A stretch of DNA of 64,000 bases from Geosiphon pyriformis uo1 (GCA_016748015.1 JAAOMT010000439.1:765527-829526); one strand, 5' to 3'; positions 39,327 through 54,028 are shown, counted from the stretch's first letter. Program-made: numbers and translations. Notes: a model not told the origin generated them from the sequence alone.

Positions 39327-42300
39327 ATGTATTCAACCACTAATTCAACTTTATCAAAAACCCCAGCGTCACCTATTTCCACCTTTACCCCAATGTCAAT
39401 TGCCCAATGGATTGAAAAATCTATTCATCATGGACAAATCAACTATTTTGAATATAGCAAGTTTCATAACAAAACATATCTAGGCCATGGAGCTTTTGGG
39501 AAAGTAGAAAAAGCTAAATACACAATAGGTGGTATGAATATAATATTGAAAAAGCTCAAACCAGTTAAAAAAGATGATAAAGCTGAACTAGAAGAATTCA
39601 TAAAAGAGGTGTGAATAAAAACTAAGAATTGCTACATAGTTATACCAATGCAAAATAAAAAAATTATTGAAAACTTAATAGATAAGATTCCTGCACGCAG
39701 TTCATTATGTTCCAAATATTCAGAGATTTTATGGTCTTAGCAAAACTATAGAAGGTATTTATTCTCAAGAATCTATAATATAATTATTTTTGCAAACGCT
39801 AACTTTACTATGTGCAAATATATTAGATGATACTATAAAGTATATTTTAGTCCTTGAATACGCTAATGGAGGTTCTTTGCGTGACTACCTATAATTAGAG
39901 TTTCAGAATATGAGTGGAATAGAAAAGCTCCGAATGGCACAGGAATTGGTCAGAGGAATTCAATGTTTGCATGAAAACCAAATCATCCATCGAGATCTTG
40001 TAAGTTTTTTTAACATTTAAATTATTAAAGGCCTTTTTAATATTAAACTCCATCACTAAATAAATTAGTTTTAGAATTCCTCGAATGTATTAGTGCATAA
40101 TAAAACTATAAAAATATCCGATCTTGGCTTTTCAAAAAATCTTGGGGAAATATTGCGTCTAGCTAATGAAGTTAAAGGCCAGCCTGCTTACATAGAGCCT
40201 CAATGTTTCCACGACGAACAATTCATTCAAAATGAAAAATCAGATATTTACGCTCTTGGAGTCCTTTTATGGGAATTGACAAGTGGCCGCTTACCGTTTG
40301 AGAATGCTATAAAATGGATTCTTATCCGTAAGAAAATTTGAATTTTAGCCTCATTTTCTAAAAATTCTACTTAAAAATGCTATTTAAAATATTTTTAGCA
40401 CAAATTGCTGATGGTAGACGAGAAACTCCAATTGAAAATACACCAATTGAATATATTATTTTGTATGAAGAGTGCTGGGATGAGTTACCTGATGACCGAC
40501 CTAATATCAACCAAGTGAATGAAAAACTTCAGGGAATTCAATGGACCTCGGAACCTGCTTCGGATTTTCTAAATGAAAGCACCTTCTTAGACTCTATGGA
40601 TTTTATTAACACAAGTATCACGGGTCTTGTAGAAGATATTTTAACTATAATAAACAATGGTTTAGATATCTATATACCTCAAGATATATCAAAAATAATT
40701 CCTAAACTAGAAAAATATCTTGGAAATATTAGACGAAGCCCAACGGATCTTTTTGAATCTATAAAAGTGAATCAAACATCATCCAGTTTAGTTTTTTTGC
40801 TTGGGTTCTTTTACCGATTCGGAATTGGGACCGATGTCAACGTTAGGCAGGCTTTCTTAACATATCAGAAAAGCGCTTTTCAAGAAAACCCTTTGGGACA
40901 ATTATTTCTGGGGCAGTGTTATATCGATGGTATCGGCACTGAAAAGAATGATGGAAAAGCCTTCGAATGGTATACAGCAGCAGCGGAAAAAGGAAATTCA
41001 ACAGCTGAATGTCGACTTGGATATTGTTATGATAATGGAAACGGCGTTTCTAAAGATCTAGCAAAGGCTGTCAAATGGTATACAGCAGCAGCGGAAAAAG
41101 GAAATTCAAGTGCACAATTTAACCTTGCAATTTGCTATTTTAATGGGGATGGCGTAATCAAAAATTATGCAAAAGCCGTAAAATTGTATATAGCAGCAGC
41201 GGAAAAAGGAAACTCAAACGCACAATACAATCTTGCAATTTGCTATTATTATGGGGATGGAGTTAGTAAAAATCTTGCCAAAGCAGCGGAATTATATACT
41301 AAAGCAGCGGAAGAAGGAAACTCGAGCGCACAATATAATCTCGCATATTGCTATTATCATGGGCATGGAGTGGCTGAGGAGCATGGAAAAGCAATAGAAT
41401 GGTATACCAAAGCAGCGGAAAGAGGAAATCCAGGTGCACAATATACTCTTGGAATTTGCTATGAAGATGGGGATATAGTAACCAAAGATCTCACAAAAGC
41501 AGTTGAATGGTATAGAAAAGCAGCGATAAAAGGACATTTAGATGCACAATGTAATCTTGGATATTACTATGAATGTGGGATTGGTGTAACCAAAGATCTC
41601 ACAAAAGCGTTTCAATGGTATAGAATAGCAGCGAACAAAGGACATTTAATTGCACAATTTAATCTTGGATTTGGCTATTACAATAAAGATAGAGTGACCA
41701 AAGATCTTGCAAAGGCTGTTGAATGGTATGCCAAAGCAGTAGTAAAAGGACATTTAGTTGTACAATGTAACCTTGAAGTTTGCTATAGAAATACATATGA
41801 AATGGCTCAAGATCGCCCAAATACAGTCAAATGGTATACTAGAGCAATGAAAAGACCTTTAAGTGCACAATTGAATGATTATAATGTGAGTAATAATATG
41901 TATGAAGTAAAAAACGATCTCATAAGAGCAATTATATGGTATGCCGAAACAGGAAACTTATGCGCACAATATATTCTTGGAATTTGCTATGATAGGGGGA
42001 TTGAAGTCATCAGAAATCCTGCACAAGCAGTTGAATGGTATACTGAGGCAGCGGAAAAAGGTCATTTAGATGCACAATATAATCTTGGAAATTGCTATAA
42101 AAGTGGCGATGGAGTGAGCAAAGATCTTGCAAAGGCAGTTAAATGGTATGCTAAAGCTGCCGAAAAAGGACATTTAGGGGCACAATATAATCTTGCTTTT
42201 TGCTATTACAATGGAAATGGGCTAGCTCAAAATCTCCCAAAAGCAGTTGAATGGTATACGAAAGCAGCAGAAAGAGGACATTCAAATGCACAAAATATCC

Positions 42301-44174
42301 TTGGAATTTGCTTTAAACGAGGAAATGGTGTAACAAAGAATTATTCAAAAGCAGTTGAATGGTATACCAAAGCAGCGGAAGGAGGAAATTCAAATGCACA
42401 ATTTAATCTTGGAAATTGCTTTAAAACAGGAGATGGAATAACAAAAAATCTCACAAAAGCAGTTGAATGGTATACAAAAGCATCGGAACAAGGAAATTTA
42501 GATGCACAATATAATCTTGGAATTTGCTATAAAACAGGAGAGGGAGTAACCAAAGATCTCGCAAAAGCAGTGGAATGGTATACAAAAGCATCAAATAATC
42601 TTGGAAATTGCTATAAAAACGGGCATAGAGTAACCAAAAATCTTACAAAAGCAGTTGAATGGTATACAAAATCAGCGGAAAAAGGACATTCAAATGCACA
42701 ATTTAATCTTGGAACTTGCTATTATAATGGAGATGGAGTAACTAAAGATTTTGTAAAGACAGTTAAATGGTATACAAAAGCAGCGGAAAATGGACATTCA
42801 GATGCACAATTTAATCTTGGAAGTTGCTATAAAAATGAGGATGGAGTGACCAAAGATCTCAAGAAGGCAGTTGAATTGTATACTAAAGCAGCGGAAAATG
42901 GACATTCAGATGCACAATATAAGCTTGGAACTTGCTATAAATATGGGAATGGAGTGACCAAAGATCTTTCAAAGGCAGTTAAATGGTATACAAAATCAGC
43001 GGAAAAAGGACATCCAAGTGCACAATTTAATCTTGGAAGTTGCTATAAAAATGAGGATGGAGTAACCAAAGATCTCAAGAAGGCAGTTGAATGGTATACT
43101 AAAGCAGCGGAAAATGGACATTTAAATGCACAATATAATCTTGCTTTTTGCTATTATAATGGGGTTGGAGTGACCAAAGATCTTTCAAAGGCAGTTAAAT
43201 GGTATACAAAATCAGCGGAAAAAGGACATTTAAAAGCACAATTTAATCTTGGAATTTGCTATTATAATGGAGATGGAGTAATTAAAGATTTTGTAAAGGC
43301 AGTTAAATGGTATACAAAAGCAGCGGAAAATGGACATTCAGATGCGCAAAATAATCTTGGAGTCTGCTATTATAATGGGGATGGAGTGACCAAAGATCTT
43401 TCAAAGGCAGTTGAATGGTATACAAAATCAGCGGAAAAAGGACATTCAAATGCACAATTTAATCTTGGAACTTGCTATTATAATGGAGATGGAGTAATTA
43501 AAGATTTTTTAAAGGCAGTTAAATGGTATACAAAAGCAGCGGAAAATGGACATTCAGATGCGCAAAATAATCTTGGAGTTTGTTATGAAAATGGGAAAGG
43601 AGTAACCAAAAATCTTGCAAAAGCGGTTGAATGGTATAAAAAAGCAGCGGAAAATGGACATTCAGATGCACAATATAATCTTGGAGTCTGCTATTATAAT
43701 GGGGATGGAGTGACCAAAGATCGCAAGAAGGCATTTGAATGGTATACTAAAGCAGCGGAAAATGGACATTCAGATGCACAAAATAATCTTGGAGTCTGCT
43801 ATTATAATGGGGATGGAGTGACCAAAGATCGCAAGAAGGCAATTGAATGGTATACTAAAACAGCAGAAAATGGACATTCAGATGCACAATATAATCTTGG
43901 AGTCTGCTATAAATATGGGAATGGAGTGACCAAAGATCTTTCAAAGGCAGTTAAATGGTATACAAAATCAGCGGAAAAAGGACATCCAAGTGCACAATTT
44001 AATCTTGGAAGTTGCTATAAAAATGAGGATGGAGTAACCAAAGATCTCAAGAAGGCAGTTGAATGGTATACTAAAGCAGCGGAAAATGGACATTCAGATG
44101 CACAATATAATCTTGCTTTTTGCTATAAAGATGGGAATGGAGTGACCAAAGATCTTTCAAAGGCAGTTAAATAG
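39327..44174 (+). pseudogene. TKL-type kinase + Sel1-repeat array (about 30 repeats); in-frame TAA in kinase exon 3 (39892) and TGG>TAG at 44172
   Basis: GHGAFGKV, LKKL, LVLEYANGGSLRDYL*, IIHRDL|NSSNVL, ISDLGFSK, YIEPQ, SDIYALGVLLWE, CW..P..RP, then a long open Sel1 array; canonical GT-AG introns at ~39610-39681, 39755-39826, 40000-40074, 40328-40398. Confidence 0.88.
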
Positions 44175-45430
44175 TATACAAAATCAGCGGAAAAAGGACA
44201 TCCAAGTGCACAATTTAATCTTGGAACTTGCTATTATAATGGAGACGGAGTAACTAAAGATTTTGTAAAGGCAGTTGAATGGTATACTAAAGCAGCGGAA
44301 AATGGACATTTAAATGCACAATATATTCTTGCTTTTTGCTATAAATATGGGAATGGAGTGACCAAAGATCTTTCAAAAGCAGTTAAATGGTATACAAAAT
44401 CAGCGGGAAAAGGACATCCAAGTACACAATTTAATCTTGAAAGTTTGCTATAAATATGGTTATGGAGTAATTAAAGATCTCGCAAAGGCAGTTGAACGGT
44501 ATGACGGAGTCGCAGAAAAAGGTCATTTGAATGCACAATATAAACCTTGGAGTAAGTAGATATCTTGCAATGAAGGTAATTAGTGTCCAAAGCAGTAGAA
44601 ACAAGAAATATAGATGTCCAAAATAACTTAAGACTTGATATAGAAAGATATTTTCAATATATAATTAATTAGATGGCTAAATATATTTTTTATACTTTAT
44701 AATTATACTTATATTCTTGCATCTCAAATGCCAGATATTCTTTCATAAGCTCAAATGAACAATTTAAAAGTCTTAAAGCTGTTTGTTTACAATGTGAATT
44801 AACTGTTAGTTTTAATTAGATATGATAAGAATTACATTCTTTGTTTGGGTATTTTATATCAGTTTGTTATTTTTGAGTAGAAACAAAGGTTTAAACATAA
44901 GCAAAAAGTTCATAATCGCTTACAAATTGACCGGAAGAAAATAGAAGCATATTTGAATATTATAGCAATTGCAAAAAAAAGGACAAAAAGTAGTTTGTAA
45001 TAAAATTGAACATTTAAGCATTATCTTTGAAAAAATAAAAATAATTCAATCAATGTTTTAAAATGTAAAGGATTGTGTAAAAAAAAGTATTTCAAATTAA
45101 GAAGATACAATTATTTTTATAATTTATATAGTAAGATACAAGAAAATTGAATTTAAATAAAATAAGTAAATAAGTACTTTAATATTTAAAATAGTGACGC
45201 GAAATAAATGTCACTTTTTGTAACAAAATATTGTTATGAAAATGGGAATGGAGTAACCAAAGATCTCGCCAAAGCAGTTGAATGATATATTAAGGCAGCC
45301 GAAAAAGGATATTCAAAGGCACAATATGATCTTGCAATCTGTTATAAAAATCGAAACGGTGTGTCTAAAGATCTTTCAAAAGCAGTTAAATGGTATAAAA
45401 AAGCTGGAAAAGAAATTCAGATGGATAAAA
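44175..45430 (+). pseudogene. Abandoned 3' Sel1 repeats of the kinase-Sel1 gene, interrupted by ~0.6 kb of unrelated sequence (~44630-45230)
   Basis: Repeats continue in frame after the TAG to ~44440, then frameshift; CYENGNGVTKDLAKAVE*YIKAAEKGYSKAQYDLAICY resumes at ~45232. Confidence 0.8.
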
Positions 45431-48400
45431 CATATTGCAGGCTACACACGCCCTTACAATAGATTGCCAAATATTAATCTTAATATATTTATTAATGACC
45501 AAATTTTTTAGTTGAAATAAAATAAAATAAAATAAATAATATAACCTTTTTAAAGTATTTTTTGTGTTATTTTTCATAGATTTTGTTTTGATTAAAACCA
45601 TTTATTTACTTCAAATCAGGACTTTGAACTATCTAGCTCAATGCTATAATACCACAAATTTGAATAAAAAGGGATTTAAAACATCATCTTGTTAAAATAA
45701 AATGTTTAAATTTTAAAAATCAAGATTATATCAAATACAATTATAAAATATAATTCATTTATTACCAAATTTTATTTTAAATAAACTTTATTAATCCTTG
45801 TACACAATTATCCAATTCAAAACCAGAAATTTTCATATATTTGATATTATTAGTATTATTTATTTTTTTGTATATATATTTGTAAATAATATAATATTAA
45901 GTTTTTAAATAGTTAATTTGTAATTTTATTATTGATTTTGATGAACAAATATAATGATAATACATATTTTTTAAATTTGATTTTTTTATCTTTCTGATAA
46001 TAAATTAATTTAATAACTTTGTATTTTGTATTTTTGTATAATAATAAAATCTAGCATTTTTAAATAATGTTTAAATATAAATTTGTAATAATAAAACGAA
46101 ATTTATTATAAATTATGAGATTTAATAAAATTTTTAATTTAATAAACAAATAGAGTGAATTTTATTGAACTTCAAGAAATCGAGTTTTTACAATTTAGCT
46201 TTAGATAACATAAATATTACAATAAAAAATCAAATTTAATTATTAATTATTAAGTTTAATATTAATTAGATAATATTTTGTATATAAATTAAGTTTTTAA
46301 ATGAACATATTTTAATTTTTTAGATTTTTTTCTATAGTTTATAGTTTTTAAATTAGTTAATTTTTAAAGAGTTGTCCATTAAATTGAACATATATTTTTA
46401 TTTTAATAAAGTATATGTAAGAAAGATTTAAATTTTTTTTATAATTTTTTATTAATAATGAATATAAATTTTAAGTTTATCAAACTTAAAAATGCAATTA
46501 AATATATAATTCGTATAGATCTATATAAAGTTTTAAATATACACTTTTAGATATCAAAAAGAAAATTTTACAATCACAAATTATGGGATTTTTATGATTA
46601 CTGTTCGACAGATTTGGGTTCATGTAGAAAAAATGGCAGAACAAAATAAAGTTATAAAATCTATTTCTTAAGAATTTGATATTCTGTAAAATTGTATTGT
46701 AATTAATCATTCAGAAATAAATGATATATTGAAAAAAATTAATATGGAAAAAATCTTCATGACCGCTCGATCACTTGCACACTTTCGATAAAGTAATGCA
46801 TGAAATATTGCTTGGAAGACAAGGTGAAGAAAGAAAATTTTCTTTGTGAGATAAATTACTTTGGTTTAACCAAAATTCATCATTCTGACTCATAATGATA
46901 AGAATAGAATATATATTCGGCTGAATTGATTCAATGAAACTATTAAGAAAATCTTTTTTTTTTTGATTTTTCCATGGTTTTATTAATTTGTAAAGGAACA
47001 AAGAATTTAAATCCAACATAAGAAATTACAGAAATCACAAGGGTAAAAGAACAAAGATTTAAGGTGTAAGTCATATGGATTTGTTTATCATGGAATTTTG
47101 AGACTTGTACTATTCCTCCGCTTTTCGAAATTATAATTTTTAATATGTGTACATATACCTTAATTTAGCATGGATGTATATTAATTATTCTAGGAACCTG
47201 AAATTACGTGATATAAAATCAATTTTTTTTTCAAAAAAAAGAAAATTTAGCATTGTATATCTTTCCAAAGAATAAATGAGCTTCAAACAATAGTAATCAG
47301 TTTGAGTAATGCATGTAGTTATTCCGAACATAATATTATAAACAATGAATTTAACATTGTGCAGAGGTATCCAATTAAATACTTAATTTGTGATTCCTAC
47401 ACAGATGATCACCAGGGTTTTTTTTTTGCTAAATCAAGTTATAATATCATATCAATAATTGTATCATAAAATTCTGATGTTTTTTTGTTACTACTATTGT
47501 TATTCTTTAAAATTTCAAGTATAAGAATTTACTATTTGATTGCTTTTTTATTGGTTTAAATTTAATTGATAAAATTTAATAAACGAAAAATTTAAATAAG
47601 TAAACAAATAACATTTCAATTTCAATTTTCTATTTGTCAATATAATAAATTTCGTACAGATAACACAAAATTTTAAAATTTTCAGCGTATAAAAATACAC
47701 AAATAATGATAGCTCAATAACCATCGCATCAAATTTTTTTTATAATTAATTGTAAATTTATTGAGCAGTCATTAATATCAAATCCATTTTTTTCTGTTTT
47801 ATAATTATTTTTGCTGCTCTGTTTAATTGAGAACACCAAATTGAAAAGAAATAATTAGATATAATTCACATTTTTTATTTGAATTTGCCTAACCCATAAT
47901 TTTGTTATGTGAAGGTTCATCGCTTGTCAGTACGATACTTTTGAAAAAAGAAGGTTAATATGAGCGTTTGCAATTAGTATCATGTCCAGTTTTTTATTCA
48001 TTTCAAGCATTGGTTTAATTTTTAAAATATTTTGTGTGAGGTTTTATCATAAAAAAGAGCTTTAATTACTAATTTAAAGCAAAAACCAGTTTCAATTTTT
48101 TTTCGTCACGTACTGCATTAACAGCCTTTACCAGAACAAACCTAAAAGGTATTGATATTAAAAAAAAGTATCATAATTAGATAACACAAACTTTTATATT
48201 AATATTATTAACACGAATACCCTCAAAATGTTGAGATTAATAAATCGAATTTTCTGTCGTGACTTTGATTCCAATAAAATATGGTTATCACAAAGAAAAA
48301 AGTAAAATATAGATATTTTTTAAATTCAATTTTATAAATTAAAAAAGTTACAAGCTAGTTATTTAGTTGGTTTCATAAAATGATAGGCATATATTAACTT

Positions 48401-48532
48401 TAATATGATCTGTAAATCTTACACTTGGGTCACCGAAAATAATTATTTCTATACCTATAAAATCTCTAAAGTATACTTCAATTGGGGTATTTTAAGTTTA
48501 CCAGAAAAGTAAAATTATAAAAGAAAGTTTTC

Positions 48533-49282
48533 TTATGCTAAAGTTTTGACCAGAAACACAATAAGGTAGATGAAAATTGGTATTGAAATTATACTGTTTA
48601 TTAAACATCTTTGGGCTAGAAAAAGAGTTTCAGGGTAAATTAGAAAAGTTAAAACCTTGAAAATCACCCAAAATCAAATTTCAAAGTTTTACTCACACCA
48701 TCGTCGTTTCTCTTTTTCCTTAGCACAAATCCATATTGAACCGACTATCCAAATTGGCCAGAGAAAAAATCCAAAAAAGTAAAGTTTCTTGGTAATTGAC
48801 CAAGAATTTTTAGATTGATTTGGTTTAACTTCTTGAAAAGGATCCATATCCATTGTCCAAGGACGATAATATTTTGGTGGCTTATCATTTATTGATGTAG
48901 AATATTGTGGTAGGGATTCAATAGATACAGATCTTTGTGGACGATGTGCTGCCCTTATTGGAGGTATTACTAAGGGAGTGGAAATTGTTGGTGATGTTGG
49001 AAAAGAAGAAGAGATGGAAGTATTTGGAGAAACTATAGTCTGAGGTAAGGTAATTGTCGCAGAAGATGTATTAATATTTAAATTAATAGTTGACAGTTCA
49101 TTTGACGATAAAATCAAACTAGATTCTCTCTGTGGCTCTGGAGATCCTAAAGCTTCATTAAAATTCATATCCAAGCTATCTACATTTAAATTTTCTTTTG
49201 ACTCTAAAGTAGGCTTTATTTTTTGACTGCCAATCTCACTGTTACTGACACAATTTTTTTCAGAATTGACTTCCAAATCCAT
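48533..49282 (-). CDS. Small membrane protein: Ser/Thr/Pro-rich cytosolic N-terminus with LPQY/PPKY motifs and two C-terminal hydrophobic segments (copy A)
   Basis: Exon 1 from ATG 49282, GTGAGT donor after KRRW, exon 2 SQRCLINSIISIPIFIYLIVFLVKTLA*. Confidence 0.8.
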
Positions 49283-51734
49283 TAGGGAATAAAAAATTTA
49301 AATCTAACAAAGAATTTTTATTTCCGAAATTTTCTCACTTTTAAATCTTTAAAACAGTTCAACTATGTAACCAACCACGCATAAAAATTTTTAGACATAA
49401 ATTAGTTTTACTTATCTGAAGCACAGCTAAACAATTTTAGAATTGTGTTGCAATAAAGTCATTAAAGAAATCTTTGTTTTAAATTTTTTTTTCAAAGCAT
49501 TTAATGCACTCGTGTGTGCTGAAATTTTGATCAAGTAATACATTATGTTAATAATTTTAATATGGATAATAATAAAATGCAAATCCCTCTATTATATTTT
49601 TTGACCGAATATTTCTTGCGAAATTACCAGTTAACAAACAAGATATTTTTAGTTTGATTTTAAAACCCAATCAATGTAAGGTGAGTGAAGAACCAAGAAA
49701 ATGAACAAAAAAACTTTCTAAGCGAATCATATTAATTTCTCTATGCTTAAATTTGAAACTGTATTCTCTTCCCCCCTTTAGAAGATTTAGAATAAATTCT
49801 TTCATCATGCATTTGTAAAAAAAATTGTGTCTTAATCTTCAAACCTGTTGTAAAAATTGGGGAGATAAAGATTTGTATATGAACGCATCCATTTCACGTT
49901 AAATGTAATTTAGTAAAGTTTTATGTTTGTTATTAATTAATAAAAAAAGAATAAATGATATGAAGGAAAGATAATAGTGATCCCAGCGCTTTTCATTGTC
50001 TTTTCCCAAAGAATGGCATCCTTTGAGACAATAGATAATCGTCATGTATATCGGTTGCTCAATAATATTGCTGCAACTCAGATGTGACGTTACCAATACA
50101 TTATGTGCGCAGATTTTCTATGAAATTGGAATTAGCATTTTGTGAGAGATCGAATTAGGATTCACTGAGTGGTCATTACTTTTTTCTCCGTGATTTACCA
50201 AAAAATCAAGATTCCATGGAATTACAAATTATTTGGAACAAAAATAAAATTTGATCAGTATTTATATCTAGTTAATCGATTATAACAATAACAGTTTACT
50301 GAATAAAAGATTATTTTTAAAGTGATATATCTTGCGAAATAAGAAATAAAAACTTTCGAAAGAAAAATATCTAGTGGTTAAAATATTTTATATTGATCTT
50401 TGCCTACAATTGTTTTTAATAAAATATGTAATTTTCAATATAAAATATCCTTTTCACTTGATTTGATCAAAATTTATAATGCCAAATCAATTCATTAAAT
50501 CATCTAATTTAAACAAAGGTGCCATATTTTCTTTATTTAAAAAATAAATTTCGGATATTCGTTTACTTTTATATTTGATCATGACCAATTTGACAAATTC
50601 GTATTTTGAAATGATTCAACTTCTTAAAAAGTCAAGATTTATTGAACGAATCAAAAAATTGTCTTTCATAATGTCTTTAATTGAAAATGAAAAGTACAAA
50701 TCTTAAATAAAGTTTCAAATTGTTTTAAATTTCATTTGTTCAACTAGAGAAAATAAGGTATCATCAATCAAAAATTTCAAGTTTTTAATAATATATATAT
50801 TTTGTACAATTTATTTGAACTTGATAATTGGTTTTTCTGAAAACTTGTTTCATATTTTCTTTAAATGAACTGATCTTTGGATATACATTTTTTTTTGTCA
50901 AAGCTTTAAATCAATTGTAGTCACAGATTTCGAGTAGAACTTTGGTACGTTTAAAATTAATAATAATTTAATAAATGTCATGTATAAATTGTCACATAAA
51001 ACATTGCAGATAATCATCTTTTTTAGTATCTTTGAATATATTATTAAATCAAGTTTTTACTCTTTATAAATAAAATTTCATCAAAAGAAACTTTTTATAT
51101 ATGTTGTGTATAAAATTTAATACTACCAAGAATTATTTTAAGAATTAGACAATAACTTGAAATCTAATTTCTTATTTTACTTATTCATAAAGTTTCTTAA
51201 TTATCAACATCTAAAATATGAAAGACGATCTTGTGCAGAGATTTTATTATACGATAAGTTGCAATCTAGAAGTTTTTTCAATATTAAAAATTATGCTTGT
51301 GACATAATATTCAATGGTACTAGATCAAAATATCTGCATTACAATATAATAATAAAAAAATCTATAAAATTCTTTAAATTGACATTCAAAACGCTTGTAA
51401 TAAAATTTGTAATCTTCATAATAGCAAATCTTGGTTCACAAAATATCAATAACAATAAATTTAATATTAGGGAAAATCTATAAAATATTTACATGCTTCG
51501 TAACATAAAAGTAATACACGTACAAAACATCAATTTTATATGAGTATATTTATGTATAAACTATCAAAAATATTTTTGAACCTGTCAACTTGAATCCCTA
51601 TACCTAAACATAGATACTTTTCGTACAATTTTTCGTTTGGCTTAGACTTTATTTGTTTAACAAAATTAATATTAAAATTATAATTAAAATTTGGAAAAAA
51701 CTGAACTTTACATACAGTTTCTAATTGGAGAATC

Positions 51735-52100
51735 ATGAATAAAGAAAGAGAATAAGCATAAAACCTTTGTTTAATCGATCAATGTCTTCTCTTAAAAAAA
51801 AAAAGAAACGAATTAGAATTCAAGGTTTGCAAAAGTTAGAATGTTTTATATTAAATATATATTTATCTCATCAAGTAAAGATTAAGTAAATTCTAAAACC
51901 TTGAATAGCTTCTCGAAAATTTAAATTATCATATTAAATAAAGCTTCGTTTAGAATATACTACAGTTTAAATAAATAAATATCTATATTAAAAACCAATC
52001 AATCTTTAGATGGAACATAGTTTTAATAAAGAATTGAAATTAACCTATTTTTTTTAGTTAAAAATTTAAGCCTATCAATTTAACTAATTAATAAACTTAA
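51735..52100. repeat. Left arm of degenerate inverted repeat (right arm ~54029-54290)
   Basis: tttaatcgatcaatgtcttctcttaaaaaaaa, gaattagaattcaag, catcaagtaaagat, ttaagcctatcaa.ttaactaatta occur reverse-complemented at 54029-54260. Confidence 0.85.
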
Positions 52101-54028
52101 TCTTGAAATTAAAAAATCGATAGACATTTGGTCCAGTTAATACCAAGAATCTGTATTACATTACAGGTTAATAAGACTCGTGATTCGCAGAAATGGTCCT
52201 TTCTTACCTAAGAATCCTTTAATTGGTCCTAAGGAGTTAAACATGGGCGTTGTATTTCTGCACTTTAAGACAGGAAAAATTTAGTTGAACGAAATTATTA
52301 TATCTTCTAAATATGCATTTATTGCATATTATATGTCGTTGTTGAATGGTCTTTTACATTTTATAGTTATGGGAGTTGTTAACTTTCGAAAGTGGTAAAA
52401 AACTTATAATTTACCTTAAACATTAAACGATAAACTGATTTCGCTGATAGGCTTATTTGTTTATTAAAAAATTTTTCTTCCTATATTTTAACGTAGAATG
52501 TTATACTAGAATTTTCAATAAAATCAATATCCATGCTTCATTATCTATTCCTTCAATAATCTTGTGACTAAGAAACAGTTACACAAATACCAATCTCTAT
52601 TGTTTTTGATGAACATTTTGGATCTTTGTTCTTTTTGTCTTTGTAAATTTTGTTGTGTTTCACTCATATTTTTTTTCTTTGTTTATTGCTGATTAAATTA
52701 TCAATATTTGGATCAAAAAGATTTTCATCGAAAGTTAAAGGAATATATTATTTGTTAAATGAAAACAATTCGAAAAATCCAAAAAATCAATAAAATTAAA
52801 AAGATCACTAGCCAGAAGCACAATGATAAATGGTTTTCAGGGAAACCCGTTCTTTTCAGAAAAGTATTCAAGGCTGAAAATTTGTTTTAATTCAAAATTC
52901 CCATTTTAACCCATTCAATTATAGGGTACAATAACGAACAAGATAAAAATTTGAACAGCTGAAAGCAAAGATATTTAAATAACACATAAGATATCAAATC
53001 TTTTTTTTTTGTGTAGAATTTTATTATATTTCGAAACTTTATTGGTTTAAGAAACTATTAATGTATTATCTGCATTTTTGAAGTCTTCAATTAGGCTAAA
53101 ATTTAAACTGTTTTCAATTTTTTTTAAAATATACAGACCTCGGTATAACCCTTTTCAAGAAATCATATACTTATCGGGGAAAATCGTTTCAAATATTTAT
53201 TTATAATTCTGAAATAGGTATAATGATAATTTCTTATTTTACAAAAGTTCGAGAACGGCGAAGCCGAATGATGTAGTCATAAAACAAAATGCATAAACTC
53301 TATAATGGTGGAATTCTGGGATTAAAATATTAAATTGAAAACTCCACAATATATGACAGATAAATTATCAATGGTATGCAATATAAAATTGTACAATCAA
53401 CAAACTTATTATCATTACTCATTTATAGGATATGATAATTTCCTAAGGCACTTTCGTGCAACTGTATGCTCTCTGTCCCTGCTTAAAAAGTATCTGTCTT
53501 AATAGGAATACTAAAGAATTTGTACCATTTATACAATGGATCATTATTAGATAATGTACAATCTACTACCCTGCATCCCATTCTTAAAGGTTTAAATTTT
53601 ATTGACAGAGAATAAGGCTCATAAACCTCATTTAGAAATCATATGTATAAAGATGACAAAAGTCTTGTACGATTTAGGATACAAAGAATGATTTCTGCGA
53701 ACCAAAGTCTCATTAACCCCTCGTAATATAATATAAATCAGTTTAATTCTCGGTATCAATTGGACTAACTTAATATCCTTTGTTTCTAAATGTCTTTTAA
53801 TCTATTGGATTATCCTATAATAAAACCTAGTTATTAAGATGCCATTCGCCAAAAAAACTAGTACATATAAATAAACTAAAATTTTAATGCCATCCTATGC
53901 ATTTTTCTAGAATTGAAATTTCTTGGTAACGCCATTTAAAAAAAATAAACGATAAATATCCATTTTAATTCCATTTTTGGGATTTTCAAACACTGTTCTT
54001 AAAAGCGTGATATTCTAATTGCAACGTC

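Noticed and set aside
44172-44174. TAG at a conserved Trp could be repaired by A-to-I editing, as in Sordariomycete premature-stop genes
   Set aside because: The downstream frame breaks within ~270 bp and I know of no such editing in this lineage; simple G>A mutation is more parsimonious
52600-53800. Decayed type-II membrane, glycosyltransferase-like remnant in the palindrome spacer (and similar at 46500-47070, minus)
   Set aside because: Only vague motif resemblance with many stops; needs a translated profile search
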